Shown: positions 40,700 through 55,099 of the stretch, piece by piece
How positions within the stretch are numbered: the first letter of the stretch is position 1
How the letters are laid out: every line of letters begins with the position of its first letter
Assembly (NCBI RefSeq): GCF_009914755.1
Contig: NC_060936.1
Source: the human T2T-CHM13v2.0 reference genome, Homo sapiens
Reading direction: 5' to 3' (one strand)
Length of the DNA stretch: 64,000 nucleotides
Notes under the pieces: generated by a model
The model's input: only the letters and a program-made list of their open reading frames with translations
What the model was told of the DNA's origin: nothing
Database searches by the model: none
Program-made: the position numbers and the translations under genes

Positions 40700-41190
40700 T
40701 AAGTTGTTCATCAATGAATGAATGAAGAAAATGTAGTATATATACACAACGGACTATTATTCAGCCACAAAAAGAATGAAATCTTGTCATTTGTAACAAC
40801 ACAGATGAAACTGAACATGGATATTAAGTGAAATAAGCCAAGCAGAGAAAAACAAATATCACATATTCTCCCTCATGTGTGAGCTAAAATGCTGAATCTC
40901 ATGAAGATAGAGGGTAAACCTGTGGCTATGAGAGGCAGGAAAGGGTAGGGAGGAGGGGAGGATGAAGTGGGGTTGATTAACGGATACAAATATACACTTA
41001 GAAGAGGTAAGACCTGATGTTTGATAGATCAGAGAAATAATTCAAGTGTTCCTAGCATATACAAAAAGATAAATATTTAAGGTAATAGATATCCTAATTA
41101 CCCTGATTTGATTATATGAATGTATCAAATTATCACATGTACCCTGAAAATATGTACTTCTAATATGTATCAATGGAAATAAATGAAAGG
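40700..41190 (+). mobile_element. Old L1 (L1MA-like) 3' end
   Basis: ORF2 end (aagaatgaaatcttgtcatttg, taagtgaaataagcca) plus 3'UTR. Confidence 0.75.
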
Positions 41191-41414
41191 GAAAAAATGT
41201 TGATTGTTAGGTTAAGCATAAATAATTTGTGGCTGGGACATGTAGCCTATACAGTATTTTCTCAATAGGTTATAGACCGAACAAAATTATTTTAAAAAGA
41301 AACAAAGCTTAGCTATTCTATTACTAGACAGCCACACAGACATTAAAGTTAACTTGTACATAATTAGCAGTTTTCCTCCACTGCATTTTTAATATTCTAA
41401 CTCTCCATACTCAC

Positions 41415-41587
41415 CAAACTTGACTTTGTGTTTTAGATACAGCAGTGCAATATCAGGACTCATATATTCACGGCTGTTGTATTCAGGATGGGTAATAATT
41501 TTTGAGACAGGAATATTCTGTTCTTGCTTATCCTTCTGAAAGAGGCTGTACTCCCCAGAAGTCACAGTTATATTCTTCAGCTGCTTC
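41415..41587 (-). CDS. OVCH1: OVCH1 exon 4 (KQLKNITV...HPEYN...PDIALLYLKHKVKF; catalytic Asp)
   Basis: DIALL motif; TAG acceptor, GTGAG donor; 173 nt, phase 2 to 1. Confidence 0.96.
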
Positions 41588-42310
41588 CTAAAACCAAAGA
41601 AAAATGTTTCATAAGTAGTTGTTTCCCCTACGCAAGTCTTCTTGGTTTGATGTAATTAAATGAAAAGTGATTAATGTATCTTTAAGCATCCCTGAGTCTT
41701 TGAAGAAGGTTTTCCTTATTATTGAGTATTACCAATGGTCATATTTTTTTTAATCTAGAAAAAATCGTAGTTTTCAGTCATGTTTCCATTTTTCTGAGTC
41801 AAGTATTTAAATATTGCATCCTTTTCTTCTTTGATATACAAACCATAGTTCACACATGCAATGCCATTTGTAACAGGATACAGAAGTTTTTTTCTAGAAC
41901 TGTTCCTTCTTTTCTCTTATTAGTACCCTCTTTTAATCTGGTCAAATATTTGTAATTTCTGCAGTTTTTTCCCTCCTAATGATTTAAACCCAGATGATTA
42001 AAACTTTGGAGCATCCATTTAACATTTCTTGTTAATGCTTTATTACAGTAAGTAACCACCACCTCTACCCAAGCACTAAATCCATAAATTATAGATGATG
42101 TCTGGGATTGTTTAATTCAGTAGAACAGGAAGCACTGGGAATCTTGGGACAGACACACATTTCTGGGAATCAGGAAGATCAGTGGGTGGGTACACTGGGA
42201 GGCAAAAGTAAGAAAGGGACTGAGAATGAACCTGCTATTTAGAGCAACAAATCTGCCAGTCGCATAGCCAGGAATCAAGGCCTGACAAGTAATGGAAATC
42301 CACAACTTAC

Positions 42311-42408
42311 TCACTGAGGCTGTCCAGGCAGTGTGCTGCTGTAACAACCCGATCTTCTTGAATCAAGCTTCCTCCACAGAAGTGGTGCTCATCTGATTTT
42401 AGGGAGAC
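42311..42408 (-). CDS. OVCH1: OVCH1 exon 3 (VSLKSDEHHFCGGSLIQEDRVVTAAHCLDSLS; catalytic His of domain 1)
   Basis: CGGSL and TAAHC motifs; TAG acceptor, GTAAG donor; 98 nt. Confidence 0.96.
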
Positions 42409-42685
42409 CTACCCAAGAAGAAAGTTACAAATGCAGCTAATATGTCTCCCCACATATGTATCTCCATCGGAAACACTGGAGATCAACTTTTCTAATCTGA
42501 CATAATATTCTTAAAATACCGACATAAATTGGATAGTAAGATAGTTCCTACGAAGTAAACTTTTTGGTAGAGAGCTAGAGGGGTTCAGGAGAAAAACTAC
42601 ATATCAACGTGCATTCTTGCTTTCGAAACAAAGGAAATATTTCACTGTTTTCTCATTAAGAAATCAATGCCTTTGTTGCACTGAC

Positions 42686-42804
42686 CTGCCATGGATGTCC
42701 AGTCACTGTTGAATTTCTCCAACTACTAATTCTAGAGAAGAATCTAGATCCCACGGCAGGTTCCTTACTTTTCATGTTGACCATGCGAATTCCACACTTC
42801 AGTC
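42686..42804 (-). CDS. OVCH1: OVCH1 exon 2 (propeptide and activation site: GLKCGIR...FSR|ISSW...HPWQ)
   Basis: CAG acceptor, GTCAG donor; 119 nt, phase 1 to 0; PWQ motif of S1 proteases. Confidence 0.95.
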
Positions 42805-43116
42805 CTGTGTAGAAGAGCATGTGTGTGTGCACACACAGAGCCTTATGTAAGAGTTCACTTTACCAAGATTTCCCATTTGGATTTTCCTGGCCTGGCACAG
42901 ACATTCTGATAGCACTTAGCTGCAGACTACCACATTCTTCTCTCAATATTTTCTTCAGAATATCCCACAGTCACCTGGGTTGACCGGAATTTGCCTCCTG
43001 TCTGCTCCCTTTCAGCCTGTGTTACCACTGGGCAGGAAGGAGCCAGCGCTGCCTCTGGTAGGTGACTTGGGGCTTACTCTGGGAAGATGCAAATTTAGGT
43101 TGTGTTAAAGATACCA

Positions 43117-43411
43117 GGAGCCACATGCAGTGGTTCCCGCCTGTAATCCCAGCACTTTGGGAGGCCCAGGTAGGCTGATCACTTGAACCCAGGAGGTCAG
43201 AACCATGGGCAACATGACAAGACCCCATCTCTACAAAAAAATGTAAAAATTAGCCAAGTGTGGTGGTACGTGCCTATGGTCCCAGCTACTCAGGAGGCAG
43301 AGGCAGGAGGATCACATTAGCCCTGGAGTTTGAGGGAGCCGTGATCGCATCACTGCAGTCCAGCCTGGGTGACAGAGCCAGACCCTGTCTCAAACAAACA
43401 AACAAAACAAA
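43117..43411 (+). mobile_element. AluJ-type element in OVCH1 intron 1
   Basis: Diverged Alu; TSD aaagatac. Confidence 0.88.
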
Positions 43412-43752
43412 AGATACTGAGGAATGACCTATACTACTCCGGAAGGGAGATATTTGTCTTTAAGTTACTTCTACTTGGTTAGGTTTCCTTGGAGGAGGCT
43501 CCTTAGTACACACATGATTAGCAGGTGTGCCTACAAACGAACTCTAAAATGCAAAAACTTTCAAAAAGGCAGTCTGGCCCAGACCTTCCTTTGGGGACAT
43601 CTGAGCATGCACCACCCCCTCACCCTTTCTTCCCAAATGCCTCAGGTGTGGCTATACCACCCCGACTTCCTGAGGCAAGGAGTAATGAAGTCTTCCCTCT
43701 CCAGCACGCTCAGCCTCCTCCGCAGTCCTGGTGCCCAGGTCCCTAGGCTCAC

Positions 43753-43816
43753 CTAGGCTTCTGGGGTGGCCGATGACCAGCAACAGCAACAAACCAGCAC
43801 TGGCCAGCAGGCCCAT
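43753..43816 (-). CDS. OVCH1: Ovochymase-1 coding exon 1 (signal peptide MGLLASAGLLLLLVIGHPRSL)
   Basis: ATG at 43816, hydrophobic signal peptide, GTGAG donor at 43752-43748; 64 nt, ends phase 1. Confidence 0.95.
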
Positions 43817-43859
43817 AGCCTCCACGCACCGGCCTCGCACGTCCTCCCTCCCTGCAGGC

Positions 43860-44230
43860 TGAGAAAACTGTGGTGAAGGCGGGGGTCTCGCCCTTTATTC
43901 CCTCCTGCGGTGCCTATGGGCAGCACCTGCCGTGGCGCCTTGGTTCGCAGGTGTCCCTCTTCACGATCATTTGATCATTGTGAGCTGCCGCCGCTCTCTG
44001 GTCACCCCTGGTGTCACAGTGCCCCGCCACCCAGCCTTAGAGACTGGCACGAGGTGGCCCAAGGGGTGACAGTGGTGCTCACACGTGTGCAGAGGTTCCT
44101 GCTAGCAGATCCACAGCAAGCCAATCAGTGGCCTGGAACGCTTAGCCCTGCGAATTCCCAGACTGGGGAGTGCGGTCCAAGCTCAGGGGCAATGAAGCTG
44201 GTCCCCCACACGAAACACAGGCAGGACTTC
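43860..44230 (-). promoter_or_regulatory. OVCH1: Probable OVCH1 proximal promoter
   Basis: Locally GC/CpG-richer sequence just 5' of the ATG; TATA-like GAATAAAGG at 43900-43892; E-boxes CACCTG 43924-43929, CAGGTG 43948-43953 and CACGTG near 44082. Confidence 0.5.
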
Positions 44231-45795
44231 TGAAAGGCGGAGGGTCAGGAAGCTTAGTACAATACTGCCCCTTCTAAGAAGCTTGTTGCCCTTGACCCTC
44301 TAGAGTTTTCAAAGAGTGAATAGGAAAGATCAGGCTTGAGCTGACATCATTTTCTGGGTGGCAGTACTGTCCTCCATTTCAGCAGAATGGCCCCAAAACT
44401 GTAGGATCCATCATTTAAGATGATTAAAATTAATCTAGTGGTGAGATATCACTTTTTTTCCCATGAATATTATTTTGTAATAAGTTAAGCTGAAGTTAGA
44501 AGACAAAGCCAGAATTTGTAATGGTCTTATATTTTGTCAGAAAATTAAGGCAAGGCTAAGTGGACATTCCATATATATCAAATAACCTGGCCACCAGTCC
44601 TTCAGCACCAGTTGGAGGATTTTACGTTCAAGTGCTCTATTTTACTTTCATGTAAAATAGAAATAAAAGCTTCTTGAGGTAGGAGGGTACATAAACTAAT
44701 GGGGGCAGGTGGGAGATGAGCAGGTAGATGGGAAAACAGAAGGCAGTCAAGGTGGAGAGAATGCAGGCACAGGTACAAGCAGGTGACAATCTACTGGGGA
44801 CAATGACCTCTGTGACTGCAGGAGAGAGCAGAGGGTAAATGGACACCATTTGAAGAAAAGACTAAAAAAAGTGAATGATGCCTGTCGCTGTGGCATCTTC
44901 AAAAGGTGTCCATTTACCCTCTGTGGCTAGTGGCTACCATATTGAACAGCACAAATACAGAACATTCTGTCATCACCAATAGTTTTATGGGACTGTGCTG
45001 TTCTTGAGAGTAGCACTATTTTCTTTTGAGTATTTATTTCAAGGAAAGACACCTCGGATGACAGTTTGAGTAGATGACTCCTTAGTTTCATGCCTGGGTG
45101 TCTAGGGGATAGGGGGTGTCCAGCATGCTCTTAAGGTAAGCAGCTCTTCTGTGAAAATAAAACATTGAACCTCCAGGCTTCAGTACTGTCCAGGGAATGT
45201 CCAGATGTGTGGCTACCTGAACAGTGGCCCTCACCACTTTCCTCCCTGTAGTCATCACACAGGGGTGACCATTTGAACCACCATGCCAGCTCCAGGGCCA
45301 CACCGTTCTCCAATAAAAGCTCAGAGCCCCCACATGGACCCAAAGCCCTCTTTCTTTTTAGCAAGAGGTAAGATGAAACCCACCAAAAAGCCTTTACTAA
45401 ACAAAAGGGTAAGGACTAGAAGGTGAACATGTGCTGTGCAAGAACGGTCAGGCCAGCAATATTCAAGTTGCTGGTCAAACCATGGCCAGCCCTTCCGTGA
45501 GGCTCACAGGTGCTGTCCCCTTTCACTCTTCTGCCCATGGCACACAGCTTTGCAGCATACTCTGTGGTTTCTTTGTTTCAAACCTGGGAATCTCCATGCG
45601 GTGGGGCACTGTCTCATTTCCTGTTACAGAACAACTCCCTTTGTTTCCAGAGTTCAAAACCCACAGCTTCAACTGAGACCCTATTCTTATATACAAAGGT
45701 TTAGTCCCTTACAGGCCTCACATAATAATGCCTTTCCATTAAGTGGAAAAAGAGCCATTCAATAAGAATTACACACCATTAATAGCCAGGCCATA

Positions 45796-46103
45796 GGCCA
45801 GGCGCAGTGGCTCATGCCTGTAATCCCAGCACTTTGGGAGGGTGAGGCAGGCGGATCACCTGAGGTCAAGAGTTCGAGACCAGCCTGGCGGCCAACATGG
45901 TGAAACCCCATCTCTACTAGAAATAAAAAAAATAGCCGGGTGTGGTGGCACATGCCTGTAATCCCAGCTACTCGGGAGGCTGAGGCATGAGAATCGCTTG
46001 AACTAGAAGGCGGAGGTTGCAGTGAGCCAATATCGTACCACTGCACTCCAGCCTGGGTGACAGAGTGAGACTCCATCTCAAAAACAAACAAACAAACAAA
46101 AAA
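45796..46103 (+). mobile_element. AluS-type element
   Basis: TSD agccaggccat at 45784-45794 and 46104-46114; (AAAC)n tail. Confidence 0.95.
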
Positions 46104-48917
46104 AGCCAGGCCATTAGTTTTAGTTTTAGACTCAAATTTTCTAAAAAAAGTAATGGTTTCAATATAAATTGAGTTTGTAGTTATATTAAAACATCCAAAT
46201 GGAAGAATCCTCTTTTTATGTTTAAAATAACTTCAGAAAAGGAAAGGATACCAAGGAGAGGAGTGGACTGGACTACCCCCAGACAGTGGTGACTTGTGAT
46301 GTACAGCAAATCTGTCTTTAATTTGGACATCTTCACTAGTATAGGACAACTGTGATCTGCTATTCGAAAAGCTTGGCTGTGAAGGGCAGACGGAGATGTG
46401 ATAGCAGCTACAGATAAAATGAAACAGAGGATTTTTTTTTTCAAATTGTTTCGGTGTTGATTGCCTGTGTATGTGCTTTAAGAAGAGTAGAACTGACAAA
46501 TTGACAAGAGCCAGCAAAAGGAAGAAGTAAAAAGATGAAGGAGAAGTTAAGGCATGGAATGAAGTTCCATAAGAGGCAAAATGCAGAACCTAGGGTCCTC
46601 TTCTTCCATTACGATAACAGGAGAAAAGAAAGGATAGAATTAGGTGCAGGTAAATGTATAGATGAAGTGCAGGGCATTGGGGGACAGCTGCTTTCTACCT
46701 TTTATTTACTCTGTGAAGAGAGAGGTGACAGCATCTAAGCATGATAGGGGAGCGGATCTGGAGTGGGTGAGTACTGAATTGGCACTGTGCGGAGGAAGGG
46801 AAAGAGAGCAGACAGGAAGCACACAGAATAATGCAATGAAATGAGTAAATGAAAGAATGAAGGAAGGAAGATGGTCCTTTTTAAAACATTGTTAAAACAG
46901 ACACTCCTGGTGACACGGACATCAGTAGGTACTAACCATGAAGTACTTGAGAGATTGAAACCAGACATACTTATTTTAATCATATTTTATATAAAATAGA
47001 CATTTACATAAATTTAATTTTGGAAAGACCTAGGCAAAGTATACATCATTAGACTCAATGGGAGAAATACTTTATGGAAGATAAATTCTAACGGGCACAG
47101 CCAAAGTAACAAAAATGTACATTTACATACAACTGATCCAAACAGGAAGTAAAAGCATTATGAAAAAAGAACATGATGCAAATCATTTCCCCCTGACAAA
47201 AGGAGGGATCTGCGTGAATTACAGCAAATCAAATGATTTCCACATTATAAAAGCAAGCCATGGCTTCTACAGATATTTTAATTCCTTGGGAGGAAGTTTC
47301 ACCTCATCTTTTTTCCCCAGTAAAGTAACAATCACTGTAGGAATTTTTAAGTGCACAAACTGCAAAATAAGAGTAACTACCTCTGCCATGTTCAAGCACT
47401 TGGGCAATTCAGTCACTTTTAGGGTTGTATCATTTAAAAAAGGGGCAACATTTATGAATTATCTCATCAGATGCATGGTGTTTTTCAATCCAGATTCAAG
47501 AGTAACTATTAGAGTTACTCATTGAGCTTAATGGAAACATCAAACCGACGAGTCCTTTCATGGGTGGTAAACATGACTGGGAGACAATGGCTAACTTGCC
47601 CCAGGTAAGGTGGCTCTTCAGTGGCAGAGCTAGAACTAGAACTAGAACTCAGATGTCTTGATTCTTGGGGTAGTGTACCCCTCCTATGGACCAGCAAGAT
47701 AAATAACCCCCAAAGGACATCACACATACTGAAAACTACCAAATTTGTTACATATATATATATACAACGTGTACTACTGAGAATGCAAAGAAACTACTGG
47801 ATTTTTAGAAATAGACATGTCTCTCCAGGTAGGAGTCAATGGTGATCTATGCTTACAAACCAATAATGACCATATATTGTGGTGGATGCTGATTTTATGA
47901 GTTACAGGCCCTAAAGATTTTAATTGAAAAGATCAATTAAAATCAATATTTTAATATCAGCCAATTGATTGTTATAAAGATCTTATCAATTCTGTTGTGC
48001 CACTTTGATTGATATTAAACCATACTTTTGATTGCAGTTATTTTCTGTTCTCTTTAAATTACATGGCTACAAATAAAATATTGAGGGAAATAATATTTTT
48101 TGGAAGAACTATTCAGCATATTTTCCTTTTGCATCAAAAACTTCAAGAATAATCATAAAATCTTATAATATTTCTCTATATTATTTTTTGACATCCTAAG
48201 CTTTTATCTTATTCAACTGCAACCTCAATGCAAGATTTGACAGGTACTTAATTCTTTTTAAATGTCAAAAGATACCATTTAAATAGCTAAGTTAACCTAT
48301 ATTTGGGAGATACCAACATATAATCAAATCAAAGTAAACATAATTTGGAAACCAGGAACAAAAATTTTTAAAAAATCACCTCTCACTATATTTGTTTTGA
48401 ATGTCATTCCTAATATCCTCTAAATTTATTATTTTAAGAAGGTGAATCCACCACAAATCAAAGCAAAAGTTTTTTTTTTTTTCAAAAACAGATTCTAACA
48501 AGTACAAAGAAATAATTAACAAAAGCTCATGTGTGCCCAAAATAAAGATAGAGATGTAGGCATAAACTCTATACCATGGACACCTTCTATGAGTCACGAA
48601 AATATCAGTCATATATATACTGGCACTTAGTCTGGTACATGCAAATTTCAAGGCAATTCCTCTCCATCTGAGAACGAGGAATTGTGTCATTTTAAGGCCA
48701 AATTGCAGTCCAATTGCCACAAGTGCAAAACCACCCCACATAACCACCTATTTGTAATCATGGAATGATAGCCTCAACCAACCAATTGTGCCATACATCA
48801 TTGTTAAGACTTCTTTGGCTCATTTTAGTATAGACTTAAAAGTAAAAATTGCAAAAGATGATAAACATCTATTATTTTGTAAAAGTTACAAGCTCCCATT
48901 CCAGGTGTCAGCCCTGT

Positions 48918-49036
48918 AGTGGTTCTCCAGCCTAGCTGCACATAAGAAGCATCACCAGGACAGCCAGGATGATTCAACCGAAGATTCCGAAAGGTCCTCA
49001 GGTGATTCCAAAGTGCAGCCCGTGTTGAGAGCCACT
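48918..49036. mobile_element. MER5A-like MITE fragment in the TMTC1 3'UTR
   Basis: agtggttctc...ggtgattc...ttgagagccact termini. Confidence 0.6.
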
Positions 49037-49855
49037 ACGTGTGAGGGAACAGATGTCAACTATCAGCTGAATGTAGCTCTTCAATCTGAGAACCTGGAAT
49101 GTTTTACAATGAAAACAGGAAACCCACATTTGCTCTGTTTCGCCTCAGAGTACAGTTATTGTGGGTCAGTTTTGATAGGACAGTTTGGATTTTCTCATTT
49201 AGTCTGACTGAAAGGCCGTTGCGCAGAGGCATTCGCACAACTGCTGCAAAACCCTGCATCAAACTAGGTACCACCTATTACAAATTTCAGAATCTTATGC
49301 TAAGGGTTGTGAAGTACTGCAGGAGGTTGGAATTAAAGTGCGACAATTCTCTTTGTTTTGTGATAGGCTTTAAATTAAACAACCCAAAAGGATATATCTC
49401 AGGATTCTCTATAATACAATTTCTTTTCCTCCAAGGCATTTGCATCTTTGGTTTAGTTCACCTATGTTGTATCACTGAAACATGTTTTATAAATACTGTT
49501 AACAGATTGAAAGCATCTGAATCATTTAAAAAATCCTGAATGAATAATTCATAAGATTAAAATAAGCTGCTAAAGCCATTCTTGTGGCTTCTACATCAAA
49601 GGATACAAAAAGAAATGGACACTTATCAGGGATTTTGAAGGCAAGGAGAACTGATTCTAGGCACAAAAAAAAGGAGAGGTTAGATGGACTGGAAAAAGAG
49701 GGGTGATATATACATGAGGAACTCTAAATGTAGCTGGAAAAAAATAGCAAATCTGTTCAGAGTAACACAATCATAAAATGAAACTCTGATCATTGGTTCA
49801 AATGTTCAGCCAGGCCAAAGCAACTCCTGTTTTATCCTCAGCCATCCTTCCTACC

Positions 49856-50332
<477 letters not shown>

Positions 50333-52976
50333 CTCCTCCATTTCAAGAAGGTGCTATCAATCCACACAGCAAGTATACTTCCATTAAGGGCAAACTAGAT
50401 GCACCTCTATGATGAACCAGGGCACTCCATTTTTATTATAAAGGTAAGTTCCATGTATTATTTCATGTTACAAGGACCAAATGAAAATAGTTACAAAATA
50501 CACTTAATATCATTGAAAAATAGTATGTGATCTATTTTCTTATAGGCACTGTTTTTACTGTGAAACTATTGCATTGGCCACATCTCAGTGAAGGTATTCA
50601 CTTGGGATAAAAGTATCTGATCCAACAAATAATTACTTTTTTAAAAAACAGTGCTTACTTTTAGTGTTCAAAAGATGCCAGTGTGTGTAGACAGAGTGAC
50701 AGTGAGAGAAAAAGAGAGGAAGGAAAAGGGAAAAGGGGTAGGGAAGGATGGGGGAGATAGGAAAGCACCTACAGGAGGCAGAGAGTTTCCTGAAGGTCAT
50801 GTGATCCTTTACCCTCAGAAACTTTTAGGCTGAAATCACCATTTCTGTTATTCCAACAAATGTACTCTCCTACCTTTATTAGCACTTCAAGTAAGGCATA
50901 ATCACTATTCAAAATTTGGGGCTCAGTCTTTTCCATTAAATTTTTAAGCATGAGTTTTCATTACAGATTATTCTGAAAAGTTGTAATAAAGTCCTAGACA
51001 TTCACTTTTTTCAATTTGAGGGTGTGGTTGTTATTTTACAATAAACACTGGAGTATGTTTCTTGACACTAGGACTATGATTTTGGGGGAAGAATAGTTCT
51101 TAATTAAGGTTGTGGATACATTTATGTTATATAACATGAAAAAACTATTAGAAACAAATGGTTGTAGTGGTAACATATACATTCTTGGATTACTGTTGCA
51201 CACAAAGAGATGCATGCTAATTCAAATTCTGTAATCATTTTCATTTAAAATACTCCCTTCGCCATGCCTTCCGAAGAAGTTTTTCTTGTTTATTTAGACT
51301 TACCTTGACAAAACAAATAATAACACTGGGGTAGTGCTTCCTGATACTGGGTTGAAAGAAGCAGAAGGCTATTTTTACCCTGCCCTGGCCTGAGCATGCG
51401 AATTATGTGAGCCTTTAGGCTACTATGTCTGTGTGCTACCTGGCTCAGCACTATAAACAGTACTGCCTGGAGTGTTTTGGTTTTGTCTTTAATGATGAAG
51501 ACCAAATTAGAAACAGGTGTTCCAATTTCTTCACTTCCAAAATATACTACTGCCAAAAAACTGAAGGCTGATTCCTCACATCTCTTTAGCAAGTGAATAA
51601 TCAACACAAAGTTTGGGAGGGACTGTTAAAACTTAACTATTTTACAATTTAGATTTACATTTTATAAGATCAGTTTTGAAAGCTGATATTAAAACCACTT
51701 TGTACAGAGAAAAAAGAAGAGTGTGTATGTATATATTAAATATTTTATAAGTTATGAAATAAATAACACTAAAAATAAATGTCAAATTGTGAGTTCAACT
51801 TTGCCTTTCCTATTTCTTAAATATAAATATATATTTAAAATTTGAATTTAGATCTTTACCCTAGATTTTTAGAGCATTCTCCATAATATTCTCAAAACAA
51901 AGAATTCTGGGTATTAATCGTTGATGTTCTAAGCCCAGAATTCTCATTAAGCCTAGGAACACAAATAAATAGAGCTCTTTTTCCATCTAGTTAGAATCTA
52001 TGAAGATTTCTGTGATACATCATAAAGGTTCCTCAATGGTTCAATATATTTTTCAAAAAAATAATAAATCTCATGATGTCTGAACATTAAGATAATAAAG
52101 TAGGACATTTCTCTTAGTTAATATCTTTAATTTTTTATGTAGAATATACTATTTTTTTCTCCACCAAAATAACAATATATTTGCAGGCGGGAACATGTAT
52201 GATTTTAAATGCACTTTTGAAATCTTAGAGTAGAACCACTACTCTAGTAATACTTGTAATAAAATTAAAATAGTTTTAAACACTTCCATAAAGAATTAGG
52301 GGTGCCCAGCTCCTTGATTTCCCCCTAGGGATAAAGATATCCATGTACAATTCCAGGAGCTTCCCTGTAATTCCTCAAAAAAGCACTAGTAAAACTCTTA
52401 GGAGGATATTAGATAAAGCTCACTTAGCAATAGCCCTTTTTCCCCACATATTCTGGAAGGTTCTACAAAAGCTATTAGATACTCATTCCTGGTTCTGGAA
52501 AATTAAATAAGCCAATTCTTGGTAGGATTTTCCAAATGGCTTACCACAGAGGATTTATCCTCTTTTGAAATATTTCATCCCATAAAGAATAGAAGCTCTG
52601 CCTTCATAGCATTTCAAGCTTCTGTATTTCTGGGACAAAAAATGTCTAAACAGAATTAGATCTCCAGGTCTCAAAAGCACAGAGATATATCAAGAGAAAT
52701 CTGGAGTTAAACCAAACAAAAATCTGTAAAATGTGTAAATGTCATTCTCCTTCCCTCTCAGACCTTCTTGCCCTTGTTTGCTGTTTTCGTCTTCTTCATG
52801 GAAAAGCAAGTCCTTCAGCACTGGGCTACCAGCAGATGTCCCAAAATGTGTCACCCTGAACTCGGAATGAGAGAAAATCTCATTAGTTGTGCCCCTGCTG
52901 ATGTGAAAGCAAGGCTTCCATCACTCCCCTTTCAGAGGCACCACATTATCCTATGAGGTTGGGTCAGACGGTGGTG

Positions 52977-53117
52977 CTATGTTTGATCCTTTTCTCGAAC
53001 TTCTTGTAATCGTTTTTCTAGGCGATCCAATTTGGCAAGATTTTCCTTCAGCAGTTTGCTGTCTGGAACCAGCTGTAAGGCTCTCTCATAATAAGCTCTT
53101 GCAGACACATATTTTCC
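52977..53117 (-). CDS. TMTC1: TMTC1 last coding exon (GKYVSARAYYERALQLVP...VREKDQT*); TPR-containing ER protein O-mannosyltransferase
   Basis: CAG acceptor; 47 codons ending in TAG at 52979-52977; matches the TMTC1 C-terminus as I recall it. Confidence 0.96.
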   Translation of the reverse strand, partial: GKYVSARAYYERALQLVPDSKLLKENLAKLDRLEKRLQEVREKDQT

Positions 53118-54726
53118 CTGGGGGTGGGAAAGAGGGAGCAATTACATTCTGATCCATCACAAAACTCTCTCAGAGAATGAAGAGACTAAGAAACTGACCC
53201 TCTGCCCAGTTTTACATTAATGTTCTCATATGGAAACTCTGTCTGTATGTGTAATTTTATCCTTGTCTATTGGTGCTTTTGAAGACTCCATTTGTTTTAA
53301 GCACTAGATCAGTTGCAGAATGTGAAAGAGGAGAGTTATACTGTAAGGATAAATGGCAGAAAAACAGATTTTCAATTCTACTAATGCAGGGTGTGAGGTT
53401 ATCATTTCCTGGTGTCCTCAGGGGGCTAGTACTGTTCCTTGTAAAATGGAACCATGGCACAAAATTCATGTTAGGGGAATGGGGTGGAGGGGATGGGAGA
53501 ATGAGAGATGAGAAAATGTTTTTAAAACTGCAAGAAGAATGATTAAATAGTTTATGTATCCACTCTCTCTGTTTAGTGATAGCAGTTATTCTAGTCTTCA
53601 GCTTAAAACGTAAAAGTAACTTTTGCCTAATAAAGTTTTTTGCAATGAAAAGACTTGATAAGAATGTGAAGTCAAATTTTTTACTACTGCAGGTTTGCAG
53701 CAGTATGCATTAGCTATATACTTTTAGTGCAGTATGGTATGTGACTCCTGACCTACTAAACACAACTGTCCCCACCCTCTGTTGGCTTCCAACTGTTTTG
53801 TTTGATTCTTCAACTAGCAACCATGTGTGCCTGGTCCCAGAAGGGGTCCCTGGCAACTCAGTCACAGCTATTAGCTTTTTTCAGCATTTTTTCTGCTTCT
53901 GGATGTATTACCTCCCTTATTCGTTCCACCCTCTTTTAGATCTGTATTCTGCAAATTCTCAGAGCTAAGATTGTTGGAGTTCCCCCATTAGAAAAAGTAT
54001 GAATTTGTTCCATCTATTCTTAGTTATAGCTCCCATGTGGATAAACACCAGTGACCCTCTACATTTCCATCACAATTAAAAATTGTATCTCTTAGAGTGA
54101 AGACACCATGTAGCAACAAACAACTAATACTTATCCAGTGCTTACCTATCTTCCAAATACCTGTCAAAAGCTTAGACACATAGTGAGTGCTCAATACGAT
54201 ACTAACATTACTGTTATTAATGACTATCCAGGCTCTGTATCAATAGTGTCTATTTCTTACTGTATTTACTGGTCATATTGGTGAAAAGGAAAGTGGAAAT
54301 GACAGCACAAGAAATTGTACGTTAGATATCCAGGCACTGGCATGTACAACAAAAGGAAGTATTAACAATGACTCTGATAAGAAGTTAAACAGATTGCTGA
54401 ACAAGTGGGAACTTGCATTTGCTATATTCAATTATTATTTTTTTCAATTCAAGGATATGTCTTCCAAATGTCTTCTGATTTTTATTAGCCTTAGCACTTA
54501 CATGCAGACAACTATACATTTCTGGGTCTAAGAGTGCTCTCAAAATCTGTTTTGACTGCAATTGCTTTTGAAATGATTCTTCCAGGAGGCTCCCTGAATG
54601 TCAGCCCCAGTGAAGTGCCTTGGGATCTTATTCTCTGATCACCAGGCTTCTCTGTCCTTTCACACAGAACGCAGTTCCTTTTCTCTCCCTCAAATTGCCC
54701 TTTTCTTCACTAAACTAGAAGCTGTA

Positions 54727-55008
<282 letters not shown>

Positions 55009-55099
55009 TAGAAGCCCTATTTTAAAAAATAATTATATCCTTTAAGTCAGTATCTCCAATTCCCTAGATGCTAGGTAAAAAAATCTGAATTATCCAGTT

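Noticed and set aside
47115-47525. 136-aa ORF antisense to the TMTC1 3'UTR (also 49099-49539)
   Set aside because: No domain similarity or supporting splice/promoter context; length is compatible with chance in six frames of 64 kb
51901-51944. 11-bp inverted repeat agaattctggg/cccagaattct in the TMTC1 3'UTR
   Set aside because: Too short, with a 22-nt loop, to distinguish from chance
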